From the NCBI GenBank assembly GCA_051439505.1, contig JBFRWI010000102.1, positions 1 through 64,000 of the forward strand: 64,000 bases of DNA. Reading direction: 5' to 3'. Every line of letters starts with the position of its first letter. Position 1 is the first letter of the stretch. Source of the DNA: Hormoscilla sp. (GTDB lineage Bacteria > Cyanobacteriota > Cyanobacteriia > Cyanobacteriales > Desertifilaceae). Under the pieces are notes generated by a model. It was not told where the DNA came from and did no database searches. It saw only the letters and a program-made list of their open reading frames with translations. The position numbers were made by a program, and so were the translations under genes. Shown here in pieces: positions 39,684 to 48,851 of this stretch.

Positions 39684-42600
39684 ATGAATCGACAGGCCCT
39701 AATAGTGGGAATTAACGAGTATCCCAACTACTTAGACAAAAATGAGAAGCCCCTAAATCTCCAAAAAGCGATGAAGGATGCGGTAGACATCGCCAAAATG
39801 TTGAAAAAGTATGGGGGTTTTAAGGTTCAGCTGGTTCTCGACCAAAATTACAATCCGTTTTGGGTACGGTCCCGTGGGCTCACAAAGGACATCTCCGGTA
39901 TTAAGCCGGAGTCGGAAAGCTTGAAACAGGCGATCGAACGGCTATTTAGCAAAGGCAGCGAGAGCCCTGAGGGTAATGATACTGCTTTATTATATTTTGC
40001 CGGTCACGGTGAAGAGGCTCGTGGGGACAAGGATGGATTTTTGGTTACTTCAGATTCTGATGGCAAAAGCATAGGGGGCATATCCTTCAAGTGGTTGCGC
40101 GAGGTGTTGCTCAATTCACCCGTGCGCCAGAAGCTGGTATGGTTGGATTGCTGTTACAGCGGCGATTTCCTCAATTTCGATAAGGGGGATACAGATGAGC
40201 AGCAGACCTGTTTGATCACGGCTTCGAGAAGTTTTGAGACAGCTGTGGAGAAAAAAGGTGGAGACCATGGCCTGCTGACGGAAGCTTTATTAGAAGCGCT
40301 GGACCCAAGAAAGAAAACAGAGGAAGAAAACCCTTGGGTGACGAGTGTAGATTTGGTTGCATATGTCCAGAAAAAGCTAACAGATGAACGGCAGCGCCCG
40401 TGCCACATAAACTCTAACAAGCCAATATTCATTACCGGCGCCAGAAAGGAAGAGTTCACGGAAAAGATCGCGGAGGAGACTCTAAAGGACACATGTCCTT
40501 ATCAGGGGTTAAAGCCCTTCGAGGTTGGGGATGCTAAGAATTTCCACGGTCGAGAGGGGCTGGTGCAAGAGCTATTGGATGGGTTAAATAATGAGGACCG
40601 GTTCTTGGCGGTTTTGGGGGCCAGTGGTTCGGGGAAGTCTTCGCTAGTCAAGGCGGGACTGGTGCATAAGTTGCAGGAACAGCAGCGGTCTGGTGGCGAT
40701 AAGTGGAATATTGTTATCTTTCGACCGGGAAAAAATCCCCTGGAGAGTTTGGTCCGCGCCTTGGGTAAAGGTGAAGCCTTCGAGAAAGACCCAGATCGGT
40801 TCCATTTTGACAAGGATTTAACTTTGGCTCGGTTAGTGGGGGGCCCCAACTCCGAACTCCGAACTCCGAACTCCGAACTCGTTCCCGTGCTGGTGGTGGT
40901 GGACCAATTTGAGGAGGTCTTTACTCTCTGCCAGGGCCGAAAGAAGCAACCAGTGCCGAAGAAACGGTCTCCTGGAGAGAATGCAGTTTTGGAAAAGAAA
41001 CTGTCTCCCGAAAAGAAAGCAGCTTTGCAGAAGGAACTGTCTCTCGAATTGAGAGAGCAGTTTATAGGTTGCTTGCTGGGGGCCAAAGAGGCCAAAGAGA
41101 AGTCCGGCATTGACTTGAAGGTGGTGATTACCATGCGGGCGGACTTCCTGGGCCACTGTGTCGAGTATGCTTATTCTGGCTTGGCCCAGAAAATTCAGAA
41201 TAATCTGGTGCTGGTGGGACCGATGGGAAAGACGGAACTGAGTCAGGCTATAAAAAAACCTGCCGAAGACGCTGGTGCCCACGTGGATCTGCAGTTGGTA
41301 GAGCGGATGCTCGATGAGGTGCAAGGTCCGGGGAGTTTGCCTCTGCTACAGTATACCCTGTGGGTAATGTGGAACAACCCGTCAAACTATAGGTTGTTGG
41401 CAAATAGTCTGGCATTATCCGATTATGTGGAACTGGGGGGTGTCAAGGGCACCCTGTCCGCACGGGCCGATGAAGTTTACGACAAGCTGGACGACCAGGC
41501 CGCCGCCAAGAGGATTTTCATGAACTTGATCCAGATAAATGAAAATGCTGAAGATACGCGCAAGCAAGCTTTCAAAAGTGATTTGATCAACGATCGGTAC
41601 AAAGAAGAGGTAATAGATGCGACCTTAGACCGGTTAGTGGGCGAGCGGTTGCTGGTGACTGACGAAAAAGAAGGGGAGACGACGGTAGATGTGGCCCACG
41701 AAGCCCTGATTCGTCACTGGGATAAGTTGCAGGGTTGGGTGAATGAAAGTCGGGAAGCCCTGATTTCCAAGAATAAAATTGAGTCGGAGTTCCGAGAATG
41801 GTCCGATAAAGGAAAATCCGACGCTCATTTGCTTTCTCCCGGGAAGTTGTATGAGGTCGAGGATTACAAGCAACAATATAATGAGTGGGGTGGGCTGTCA
41901 AAAGAGGTAAATGAATATATTCTCAAGAGTCACGAGCGACAAGAGAAGCAAAAGGAGCAGATGACTCTCCCTGTGATGCAGCTTAATGTCCCAAAAGTCC
42001 AGGAATTATTGAAGAGCAAGCCAGTAAAAGCCCTAGTCTTGGCAATAAAAACAGCAGGTCTAAATCTCGGTCTAGAGCGATCTAAAGGGGGGCTAGAGGA
42101 CTACGTACAGTTGAGCTTGTTCAATCCCATTCGCGAGGTCCGAGAGATTAATATGTTCAAGGGTCATGAAAATTATGTTTTGTCAGTAGCATTTAGCCCC
42201 GATGGAAAGCGGATAGTAAGTGGCAGTTCAGACGAGACTATCAGGTTGTGGGACTTGGATGGAAACCCCATAGGAGAGCCTTTTAGGGGTCATGAAAATT
42301 CTGTTTTGTCAGTAGCATTTAGCCCCGATGGAAAGCGGATAGTAAGTGGCAGTAATGACTTGACTATCAGGTTGTGGGACTTGGATGGAAAGCCCATAGG
42401 AGAGCCTTTTAGGGGTCATGAAAATTCTGTAGAGTCAGTAGCATTTAGCCCCGATGGAAAGCGGATAGTAAGTGGCAGTTATGACAAGACTATCAGGTTG
42501 TGGCCTGGTGACAATTGGCGAGATCCTTTGACCTTGGGGTGCAACCTGTTGTGGTTGCATCCGGTGCTGGCAGGACCGGATGTTGAAGAGGGAGTCAACG

Positions 42601-42800
42601 TTTCTCGGAGGTATGTGTGGGATAAAGCATGGGATGATAAGGATAAAGCCCGGTTTTTGGTAAGGCAAGGTTGGTTGTTGGTATCGGAGAAGGGGGATGT
42701 TTCGGGGGCGGTTGCTAAGTTTGAGGAGGCTTATGGTTTGGATGGGGACTTTGACTTGGAGGGTGCGAAGAGGTTGGCTGCTCAGCTGGTCAAAACGTAG
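39684..42800 (+). CDS. Caspase (peptidase C14) - STAND NTPase (nSTAND1-like) - WD40 protein
   Basis: ALIVGINEY, YFAGHG, LDCCYSG; CPYQGL, GASGSGKSS, VVDQFEE, MRADF, LPLLQY, VAHEALIRHW; three WD40 repeats. Confidence 0.93.
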   Translation: MNRQALIVGINEYPNYLDKNEKPLNLQKAMKDAVDIAKMLKKYGGFKVQLVLDQNYNPFWVRSRGLTKDISGIKPESESLKQAIERLFSKGSESPEGNDTALLYFAGHGEEARGDKDGFLVTSDSDGKSIGGISFKWLREVLLNSPVRQKLVWLDCCYSGDFLNFDKGDTDEQQTCLITASRSFETAVEKKGGDHGLLTEALLEALDPRKKTEEENPWVTSVDLVAYVQKKLTDERQRPCHINSNKPIFITGARKEEFTEKIAEETLKDTCPYQGLKPFEVGDAKNFHGREGLVQELLDGLNNEDRFLAVLGASGSGKSSLVKAGLVHKLQEQQRSGGDKWNIVIFRPGKNPLESLVRALGKGEAFEKDPDRFHFDKDLTLARLVGGPNSELRTPNSELVPVLVVVDQFEEVFTLCQGRKKQPVPKKRSPGENAVLEKKLSPEKKAALQKELSLELREQFIGCLLGAKEAKEKSGIDLKVVITMRADFLGHCVEYAYSGLAQKIQNNLVLVGPMGKTELSQAIKKPAEDAGAHVDLQLVERMLDEVQGPGSLPLLQYTLWVMWNNPSNYRLLANSLALSDYVELGGVKGTLSARADEVYDKLDDQAAAKRIFMNLIQINENAEDTRKQAFKSDLINDRYKEEVIDATLDRLVGERLLVTDEKEGETTVDVAHEALIRHWDKLQGWVNESREALISKNKIESEFREWSDKGKSDAHLLSPGKLYEVEDYKQQYNEWGGLSKEVNEYILKSHERQEKQKEQMTLPVMQLNVPKVQELLKSKPVKALVLAIKTAGLNLGLERSKGGLEDYVQLSLFNPIREVREINMFKGHENYVLSVAFSPDGKRIVSGSSDETIRLWDLDGNPIGEPFRGHENSVLSVAFSPDGKRIVSGSNDLTIRLWDLDGKPIGEPFRGHENSVESVAFSPDGKRIVSGSYDKTIRLWPGDNWRDPLTLGCNLLWLHPVLAGPDVEEGVNVSRRYVWDKAWDDKDKARFLVRQGWLLVSEKGDVSGAVAKFEEAYGLDGDFDLEGAKRLAAQLVKT

Positions 42801-42889
42801 CCCGAACCCTAAAGGGCCCGGCTACATGAACAAAGCCCGCCTGCGCGGGCTATCATGCATCTCGCCTGCCCGGGGGTGCGAGGTGCGAT

Positions 42890-43510
42890 CGGGTGCGGGT
42901 GCGATCGGCGGTTGGTTGCGAGAAACCGGGTTTCTGAGATATCGTCTCATCTTTAGCCGAGGTTGAAATGAGAAACCCGGTTTCTGGTGCTGGGGGTGGG
43001 TGCGTGAGGCGGTTGGTGGCAAGAAACCGGGTTTCTGGGATATCCTAATCTTTAGCCAAGGTTGAAAAAAGAAACCCGGTTTCTGGTTCCGGGGGTGGTG
43101 CGATCGCCCGCCAGCTGCAAGAAACCGGGTTTCTGAGATATCCTCTAATCTTTGCCCAAAGTTGAAAAAAGAAACCCGGTTTCTGGTCCCGGGAGTGGTG
43201 CGATCGCCGGTTGGTGGCGAGAAACCGGGTTTCTGAGATATCCTCTAATCTTTGGCCAAAGTTGAAATAAGAAACCCGGTTTCTGGTCCCGGGAGTGGTG
43301 CGATCGCCCGCCAGTTGCAAGAAACCGGGTTTCTAGGATATCCTAATCTTATTGGCAAGTTTCAAAGAGAAACCCGGTTTCGGGTGCTGGGGGTGGGTGC
43401 GATCGCCTGCCAGTCGCGAGAAACCGGGTTAGAGAGATATCGTCTCATCAAAGCGCTAAAGTTGAAATAAGAAACCCGGTTTCTGGTCTCGGGAGTGGGT
43501 GCGATCGCCG
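42890..43510. repeat. Six tandem ~100-bp palindromic (REP/BIME-like) units
   Basis: AGAAACCGGGTT at 42921, 43022, 43120, 43220, 43320 and 43420, each paired with AGAAACCCGGTTTC; HIP1 in most linkers. Confidence 0.92.
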
Positions 43511-44007
43511 GTAATATTCGGGTGGGGCTGCGGTACATGCGATCGCCATTATTTAAAAATGCGCAGGAGGGCCCTGCCACAGGGCCCGACCTGGAGTGGA
43601 AGTGAGCGATTTAGAGATTTACCTGACCCGGAGTTACGCTAAAAGCGCCTCGGAACCGTTGCTTAACCCTTTTAGGCGCTTTTTGGCGCAGTCCGGGCCG
43701 GGCATCCCTGGTTTCGCTTGGGCTTGATTTTCCAAGCCCCCATTAACCAACATTGATGAATATAGTATAGCTAACGGGAGTGGAATTTGTCAAGGGTTTA
43801 GGAAAATTTTTTTTCCCTCTCATGGGATATTTATTTTATCTTCATATCACTTTTTTACCGTCACACAACCATAGCACGGCGGAAGTAATGCACCAGCCGA
43901 ATAGTGGCTTCTTACCTTGGGACAAAAGAATTTTGAATTCCGCGCAGCGGTGGTCTTGCACCAGTTGGCGGGAGGTGAATAATACGCTCTGAGTGGGTTC
44001 GATCTAA

Positions 44008-45369
44008 TTATTTATCTTGTTCGTACCACTTCATTAACACCTGGGCCAGTCGGTGGGGGTTGTGACGGATATAGCCAGTATGTTCGTCCTCATCCATCAC
44101 GTTACTCTGGATAATGCGGCGTCCTAACTCCCGTACTGCTTCTCGGTCTAAAAATACGGGATGAGAATTTTCTCTAGCATAGCGAGCTAGGGCTTGAGGA
44201 GACGGGCTATCCTTTTGTACCAGTACGGCGCTGAACAAGGGTTTACCACTAACAGCCCGATCGATCGCCCGGATATGGTCGGAAACGGTATATCCGGTGG
44301 TCTCCCCTTCTTGAGTCATGATATTGCAGATATAAACGATCGGGATTTGCACTTGCGATCGCGCGATCGCATCTGTAATCTCCGGCACCAGCAAATTGGG
44401 AATCACGCTGGTATAGAGGCTGCCAGGACCGACGATAATAAAATCGGCTTCTTGAATGGCAGCGATCGCGGCTGGCAAGGCCGGGGGTTCTGCGGGTGTA
44501 CAGCCAATGGTGACAATCTTTCCCCCTGCTTCAGTAATATGAGATTCTCCCTCAATACGTCGTCCATCCTCTAGCTCCGCCCAGAGGTTAACATCGGTGA
44601 GGGTAGCTGGGAGAACCTGACCTCGCACTGCCAAGACTTGGGAACTAGCGGCGCAAGCCTTTTCCAAATCTCCAGTAATCTCGCTCATGGCGGTCAGGAA
44701 CAGATTGCCAAAGCTGTGGCCCACCAGGCCATCACCAGCCTGAAAGCGGTATTGAAACAACTCAGTTAATAACTTTTCCTCATCGGCCAAAGCGGCCAAG
44801 CAATTGCGAATATCCCCTGGGGGCTGCACTCCCACCTCCCGCCGCAGTCTCCCAGAAGACCCGCCATCATCCGCTACCGTGACGATCGCTGTTATATTAG
44901 CACTGTAGAACTTCAGACCTCTGAGTAATGTAGACAGACCAGTGCCACCCCCTATGGCCACAATTTTCGGGCCTCGGTTTAACCGGCGATGGTTGAGCAG
45001 CACGTCCACGAGTTCTTCATCTCCTGGTGCCATCAGCACCTGGGTGATGTTCGTCAGGGTGCGATTTTGGCCCCAGAAAATCAACAGCAGGCCGCAGATG
45101 AGCGCGATCGGTCCGCTGATATAGTTGGGTACGATCTTAGCTATCTGCCCCAGGACTGTCTCCAGCAGTTGCAGCAGGTAAAAAATCGGGGTCTGCTTCG
45201 TCCAAATGGCTAAACCCAGACTCGTCAGCAAGACACCGCCAGCACTTAAAAACAACCAGCGCTTTACCAGTAAGCCTGGAGACAGCCACTTAAACCACTG
45301 GTTCAGGCGATGGGCGCCAGTGCTGCGTTTGGGGGGGGTGATAGCTGGCTTGCGTAAACGAAGTGACAT
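44008..45369 (-). CDS. yvcK: YvcK/CofD-like gluconeogenesis factor
   Basis: [36 protein letters not shown]. Confidence 0.93.
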   Translation of the reverse strand: MSLRLRKPAITPPKRSTGAHRLNQWFKWLSPGLLVKRWLFLSAGGVLLTSLGLAIWTKQTPIFYLLQLLETVLGQIAKIVPNYISGPIALICGLLLIFWGQNRTLTNITQVLMAPGDEELVDVLLNHRRLNRGPKIVAIGGGTGLSTLLRGLKFYSANITAIVTVADDGGSSGRLRREVGVQPPGDIRNCLAALADEEKLLTELFQYRFQAGDGLVGHSFGNLFLTAMSEITGDLEKACAASSQVLAVRGQVLPATLTDVNLWAELEDGRRIEGESHITEAGGKIVTIGCTPAEPPALPAAIAAIQEADFIIVGPGSLYTSVIPNLLVPEITDAIARSQVQIPIVYICNIMTQEGETTGYTVSDHIRAIDRAVSGKPLFSAVLVQKDSPSPQALARYARENSHPVFLDREAVRELGRRIIQSNVMDEDEHTGYIRHNPHRLAQVLMKWYEQDK

Positions 45370-45444
45370 TTGAGATAGTGGCAGAGGTTATATTGTCAGT
45401 AGCTGTATTCTAGATGCTAGTCGGGGGACGTGGGGCTTGGTATT

Positions 45445-46227
45445 ATGGCTGAACCTTTGATTGAACTGCGGGGAATTTCTCAGACTTTTGGTGAAAATAA
45501 GGTATTAGATAACTTAGATCTAACCATTTATCGGAATGAAGCCTTGGCAATCATTGGTCCGTCGGGAACGGGGAAATCGACGATTTTGCGGATTATTGCT
45601 GGGTTGCATGTTCCCGATAATGGCGAAATCTATGTTGATGGCAAGCAACGCCTGGGGTTAGTTGGTGATGTTATCGACCCGATTACTATTGGCATGGTCT
45701 TTCAACAAGCGGCTTTATTTGACTCTTTAACGGTTGAGGAAAATGTGGGCTTTCTCCTTTACCAAAATTCTAAATTGCCCCGTCGGAAAATTCGGGATTT
45801 GGTGGATGAAAAGCTGGAAATGGTCGGGTTGCCCGGTATAGGCGATCGCTTCCCGGCCCAGTTGTCGGGGGGGATGCGCAAGCGGGTGAGTTTTGCCCGG
45901 GCCATCATGACGAACCCAGAGAATCCCAAGGATTCCCCAGAAGTTATACTATATGATGAGCCAACAGCAGGTCTAGACCCGATCGCCTCAACGGTGATTG
46001 AGGATTTAATCCGCCAGCTGCAGTCAGTAGAGGGGGGCTGTAGCTCTTACGTGATGGTTACCCACCAAGATAGTACCATTCGTCGCACAGCCGATCGAAT
46101 TATTTTCATGCACCAAGGGAAAGCGAAGTGGGAAGGAACAGTTGACGAGATTGATAGCACCGAGAACGCCTGGGTGCGACAATTTGCCAGTGGCCGTGTG
46201 GATGGTCCGATCAAGGTGGCCCGCTAA
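45445..46227 (+). CDS. MlaF/TGD3-like ABC transporter ATP-binding protein
   Basis: GPSGTGKS, LSGGMRKRV, LYDEPTAGLDP. Confidence 0.93.
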   Translation: MAEPLIELRGISQTFGENKVLDNLDLTIYRNEALAIIGPSGTGKSTILRIIAGLHVPDNGEIYVDGKQRLGLVGDVIDPITIGMVFQQAALFDSLTVEENVGFLLYQNSKLPRRKIRDLVDEKLEMVGLPGIGDRFPAQLSGGMRKRVSFARAIMTNPENPKDSPEVILYDEPTAGLDPIASTVIEDLIRQLQSVEGGCSSYVMVTHQDSTIRRTADRIIFMHQGKAKWEGTVDEIDSTENAWVRQFASGRVDGPIKVAR

Positions 46228-46311
46228 ATGTGAGTTCGTAGTTCGTAGTTCGTAGTTCGTAGTCAGGATATGCCCGTCACGTAATCATGCGGGTTTGAGG
46301 GAGGCAATGAT

Positions 46312-47667
46312 ATGCGCAAGCAAATGGTTAGAGAAGGCAAAACAGGTCTGACGATCCTGGCAGGAATAGGTGTTTTTGGGATCCTGTTTCTGTGGTTGCG
46401 GGGCTTTGGTTTCGGTCAAGGCAGCTATACAACTGTAGTTGAGTTTGAAAACGTTGCCAGGATGCGAGAGGGGGCAACGGTCAGGTATCGCGGCGTACAG
46501 GTGGGCAGAATCATCGATATCGAGCCGAAACTCAATACGGTGGATGTAACTCTGGAAATTAGTCCAGCAGATATAATCATCCCCAGCGATGTTTTAATAG
46601 AAGCAAATCAGTCGGGGATAGTCGGAGAAACTTCTGTAGACATCATCCCCCGGAAAGTTTTACCAGATAGCGCCCAAGTTACTAGCCCTCTCGATCCCAA
46701 CTGCGATAGTGGTATCATTATCTGTGACGGGGCGCGTCTGCAAGGTGAAACGGGAATCAGTTATGACGAACTGCTGCGCTCTACGATCGAGGCGAGCGAG
46801 CTGTTTGCCAACCCAGAGTTTTTTACTAAACTAGATAGGGCGGTAGAAGAGGTGGGCAATGCTGCTGATGGCGTTAATCAGCTGACTGAAGAGCTTTCCA
46901 AATTGACGGTATCTGTGGATAAACAACTGAATACTTTCTCGGAAACGGCTGAAACGATGGGGACAGCGGTCGATCGCATTAGCCTCGAAGCATCGGATCT
47001 GACGAATCAACTGACTACCTCAACTGCTCAGCTTACGGATCAACTTAACACTACAACCTCTCAAGCGAACCAACTTTTGGCAAACATGAACGATCTGGTT
47101 TCCAACAATCGTTCTAGTATAGTCGCTACTCTCAATAATATTCAACAAACTAGCGAGGAACTGCGGGTGGCGGTGAACAGCCTGACGCCGATCGTTAACA
47201 AGGTTGAACAGGGGGATTTGGTGGCTAACCTAGAGGTACTATCAAGTAATGCTGCCGAGGCGTCGGTCAATTTGCGGGATATCTCCAAGGAAATCAATAA
47301 TCCTACGAATGTGCTGATGATGCAACAAACTTTGGATTCGGCGCGTTCGACTTTTCAGAATGTTCAGAAAATTACCTCCGATCTGGAAGGACTCACAGGA
47401 GATCCGGTTTTTATTGATAATATCCGCAATCTTGTTAATGGACTGAGCGGTCTGGTTTCCCAAACGGAGCAATTGCAACAGCAAGCTGAGTTGGTCGGGA
47501 AGCCCGATCGCCCTCTACTGGAGAGCGAAAATACCGTTGCTGCTGACATCGAGCAATTGGAGATGATGGACCCAGAAATTGCCAATCAATCCCCAGGCAC
47601 CGAGCCAGGCGTTCCCAGGCACCGAGCCAGGGAACGAGGTGAATTCGCAATCGGGGGGGCTAACTAA
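46312..47667 (+). CDS. MlaD/MCE (Ycf22/TGD2-like) protein
   Basis: N-terminal TM, VRYRGVQVG MCE motif, long helical tail. Confidence 0.92.
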   Translation: MRKQMVREGKTGLTILAGIGVFGILFLWLRGFGFGQGSYTTVVEFENVARMREGATVRYRGVQVGRIIDIEPKLNTVDVTLEISPADIIIPSDVLIEANQSGIVGETSVDIIPRKVLPDSAQVTSPLDPNCDSGIIICDGARLQGETGISYDELLRSTIEASELFANPEFFTKLDRAVEEVGNAADGVNQLTEELSKLTVSVDKQLNTFSETAETMGTAVDRISLEASDLTNQLTTSTAQLTDQLNTTTSQANQLLANMNDLVSNNRSSIVATLNNIQQTSEELRVAVNSLTPIVNKVEQGDLVANLEVLSSNAAEASVNLRDISKEINNPTNVLMMQQTLDSARSTFQNVQKITSDLEGLTGDPVFIDNIRNLVNGLSGLVSQTEQLQQQAELVGKPDRPLLESENTVAADIEQLEMMDPEIANQSPGTEPGVPRHRARERGEFAIGGAN

Positions 47668-47959
47668 AATCCTCTTGCTGTGTTCCTTCCTGCTTGTAAA
47701 CAGCACGTTGGGCATGCAGCTGGCGCGTGCGCTCGAACAGCTCTTCTTCAGTTAACTTCCACTTCTGGAGGACTCGTTCTAAGTCGGTTTGAATGTCTCG
47801 GGCTCCGGGAAAACCATGATAGCGAATGCGCAGGCGGGCTAACTCGGCTAACTGTAAATCGCTTGGTTTTTCGACGTCCAGTAAGGGATTTAGGATCTGG
47901 CGATCGCCTGTTGCTTGAGGATGCTGTTGGGAGCGATCGGCTAGTGAAGTGTTAGTCAT
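47660..47959 (-). CDS. DUF3288 family protein
   Basis: QQHPQ...DR, ELARLRIRYHGFPGARDIQ. Confidence 0.85.
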   Translation of the reverse strand: MTNTSLADRSQQHPQATGDRQILNPLLDVEKPSDLQLAELARLRIRYHGFPGARDIQTDLERVLQKWKLTEEELFERTRQLHAQRAVYKQEGTQQEDFS

Positions 47960-48225
47960 GTTGATTGCCAGTAGGAACTACTCAATTATTTGTCATTATG
48001 ACGATTAACTAGCTCGTCCATGATGGGCCACCGAGATCCTATGATAGGATCTAGGCTAATAGAGCATTGGTAAAGAAACTGGGTTTGCTGTCGAGTAAGG
48101 AATCAATATATCGTACTATCCCTTACTTTTAACTCGGTTTAGATCTCAGAATCGATGTTCGATCGCGAAAAGTATGTAAAATTACCAATCGCGAAAAACC
48201 AACTACAAGTATCTAACCCAAGATC

Positions 48226-48750
48226 ATGGTTGCACTGAAATCGACAATATCTACGCGACGACGGGGTACTGTCCGCAAACCGCGAGTTCGCCTTGCGGTT
48301 GTCCGGTCAAAACAATATGTAAAACCGGTGCGAGATGACCCCACGGACAGGGTCATTCCAACTGTCCCCTCGCAGATCGCCAGTCAGCAGCAAACACCAA
48401 ACTGGTTGCGCGTGCTGATCGGACTAGAACGTTGTGTCTCGGTGATGACGATCGCCCTAGGGGCCGCTACACTTACAGTTTATGGCTTGACGGTCTCTTC
48501 TGGACAACAGTGGAGTCGAGACTATAATCGCTTGCAAAGTCTACAGCGCTACGAACGGCAGTTGAGAGTAGCCAATGAAATGCTGAAAAATCAAATGGCC
48601 GAGCAAGCGGAAAATCCCGATACGGATCTGGTGCCTCAAAATCCTACTAATACCATTTTTCTCCCTCCGGCATCAGAACGCCTTTCATCGGCGATCGGTC
48701 CAGTCCCTGCCACTACCGCTGACAAACTCACTATGCCTCTGGGATACTAA
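48226..48750 (+). CDS. FtsL-like cell division protein (TM plus coiled coil)
   Basis: Single TM then coiled coil, PLGY ending; directly upstream of the ftsI-like gene. Confidence 0.65.
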   Translation: MVALKSTISTRRRGTVRKPRVRLAVVRSKQYVKPVRDDPTDRVIPTVPSQIASQQQTPNWLRVLIGLERCVSVMTIALGAATLTVYGLTVSSGQQWSRDYNRLQSLQRYERQLRVANEMLKNQMAEQAENPDTDLVPQNPTNTIFLPPASERLSSAIGPVPATTADKLTMPLGY

Positions 48751-48851
48751 CCGGTCAGTTTGGGGTTGTTAGTAGTCAGCGGTCAGTTGCACCATAGCAG
48801 CGTCAGCTGGGCAATGCCCACCCTACAGAACAACAATTAACAGTTAGTAAG

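Noticed and set aside
40502..41324. Minus-strand ORFs of 210 and 163 aa
   Set aside because: Antisense shadows of the caspase-STAND gene
42890..43510. CRISPR array
   Set aside because: The intervening segments are homologous to each other rather than unique spacers, the repeats come in inverted pairs, and no cas genes are present
42697..43580. Short ORFs with RNRVS/ETGF/KPGF peptides
   Set aside because: Translations of the AGAAACCGGGTTTCT palindromic repeat
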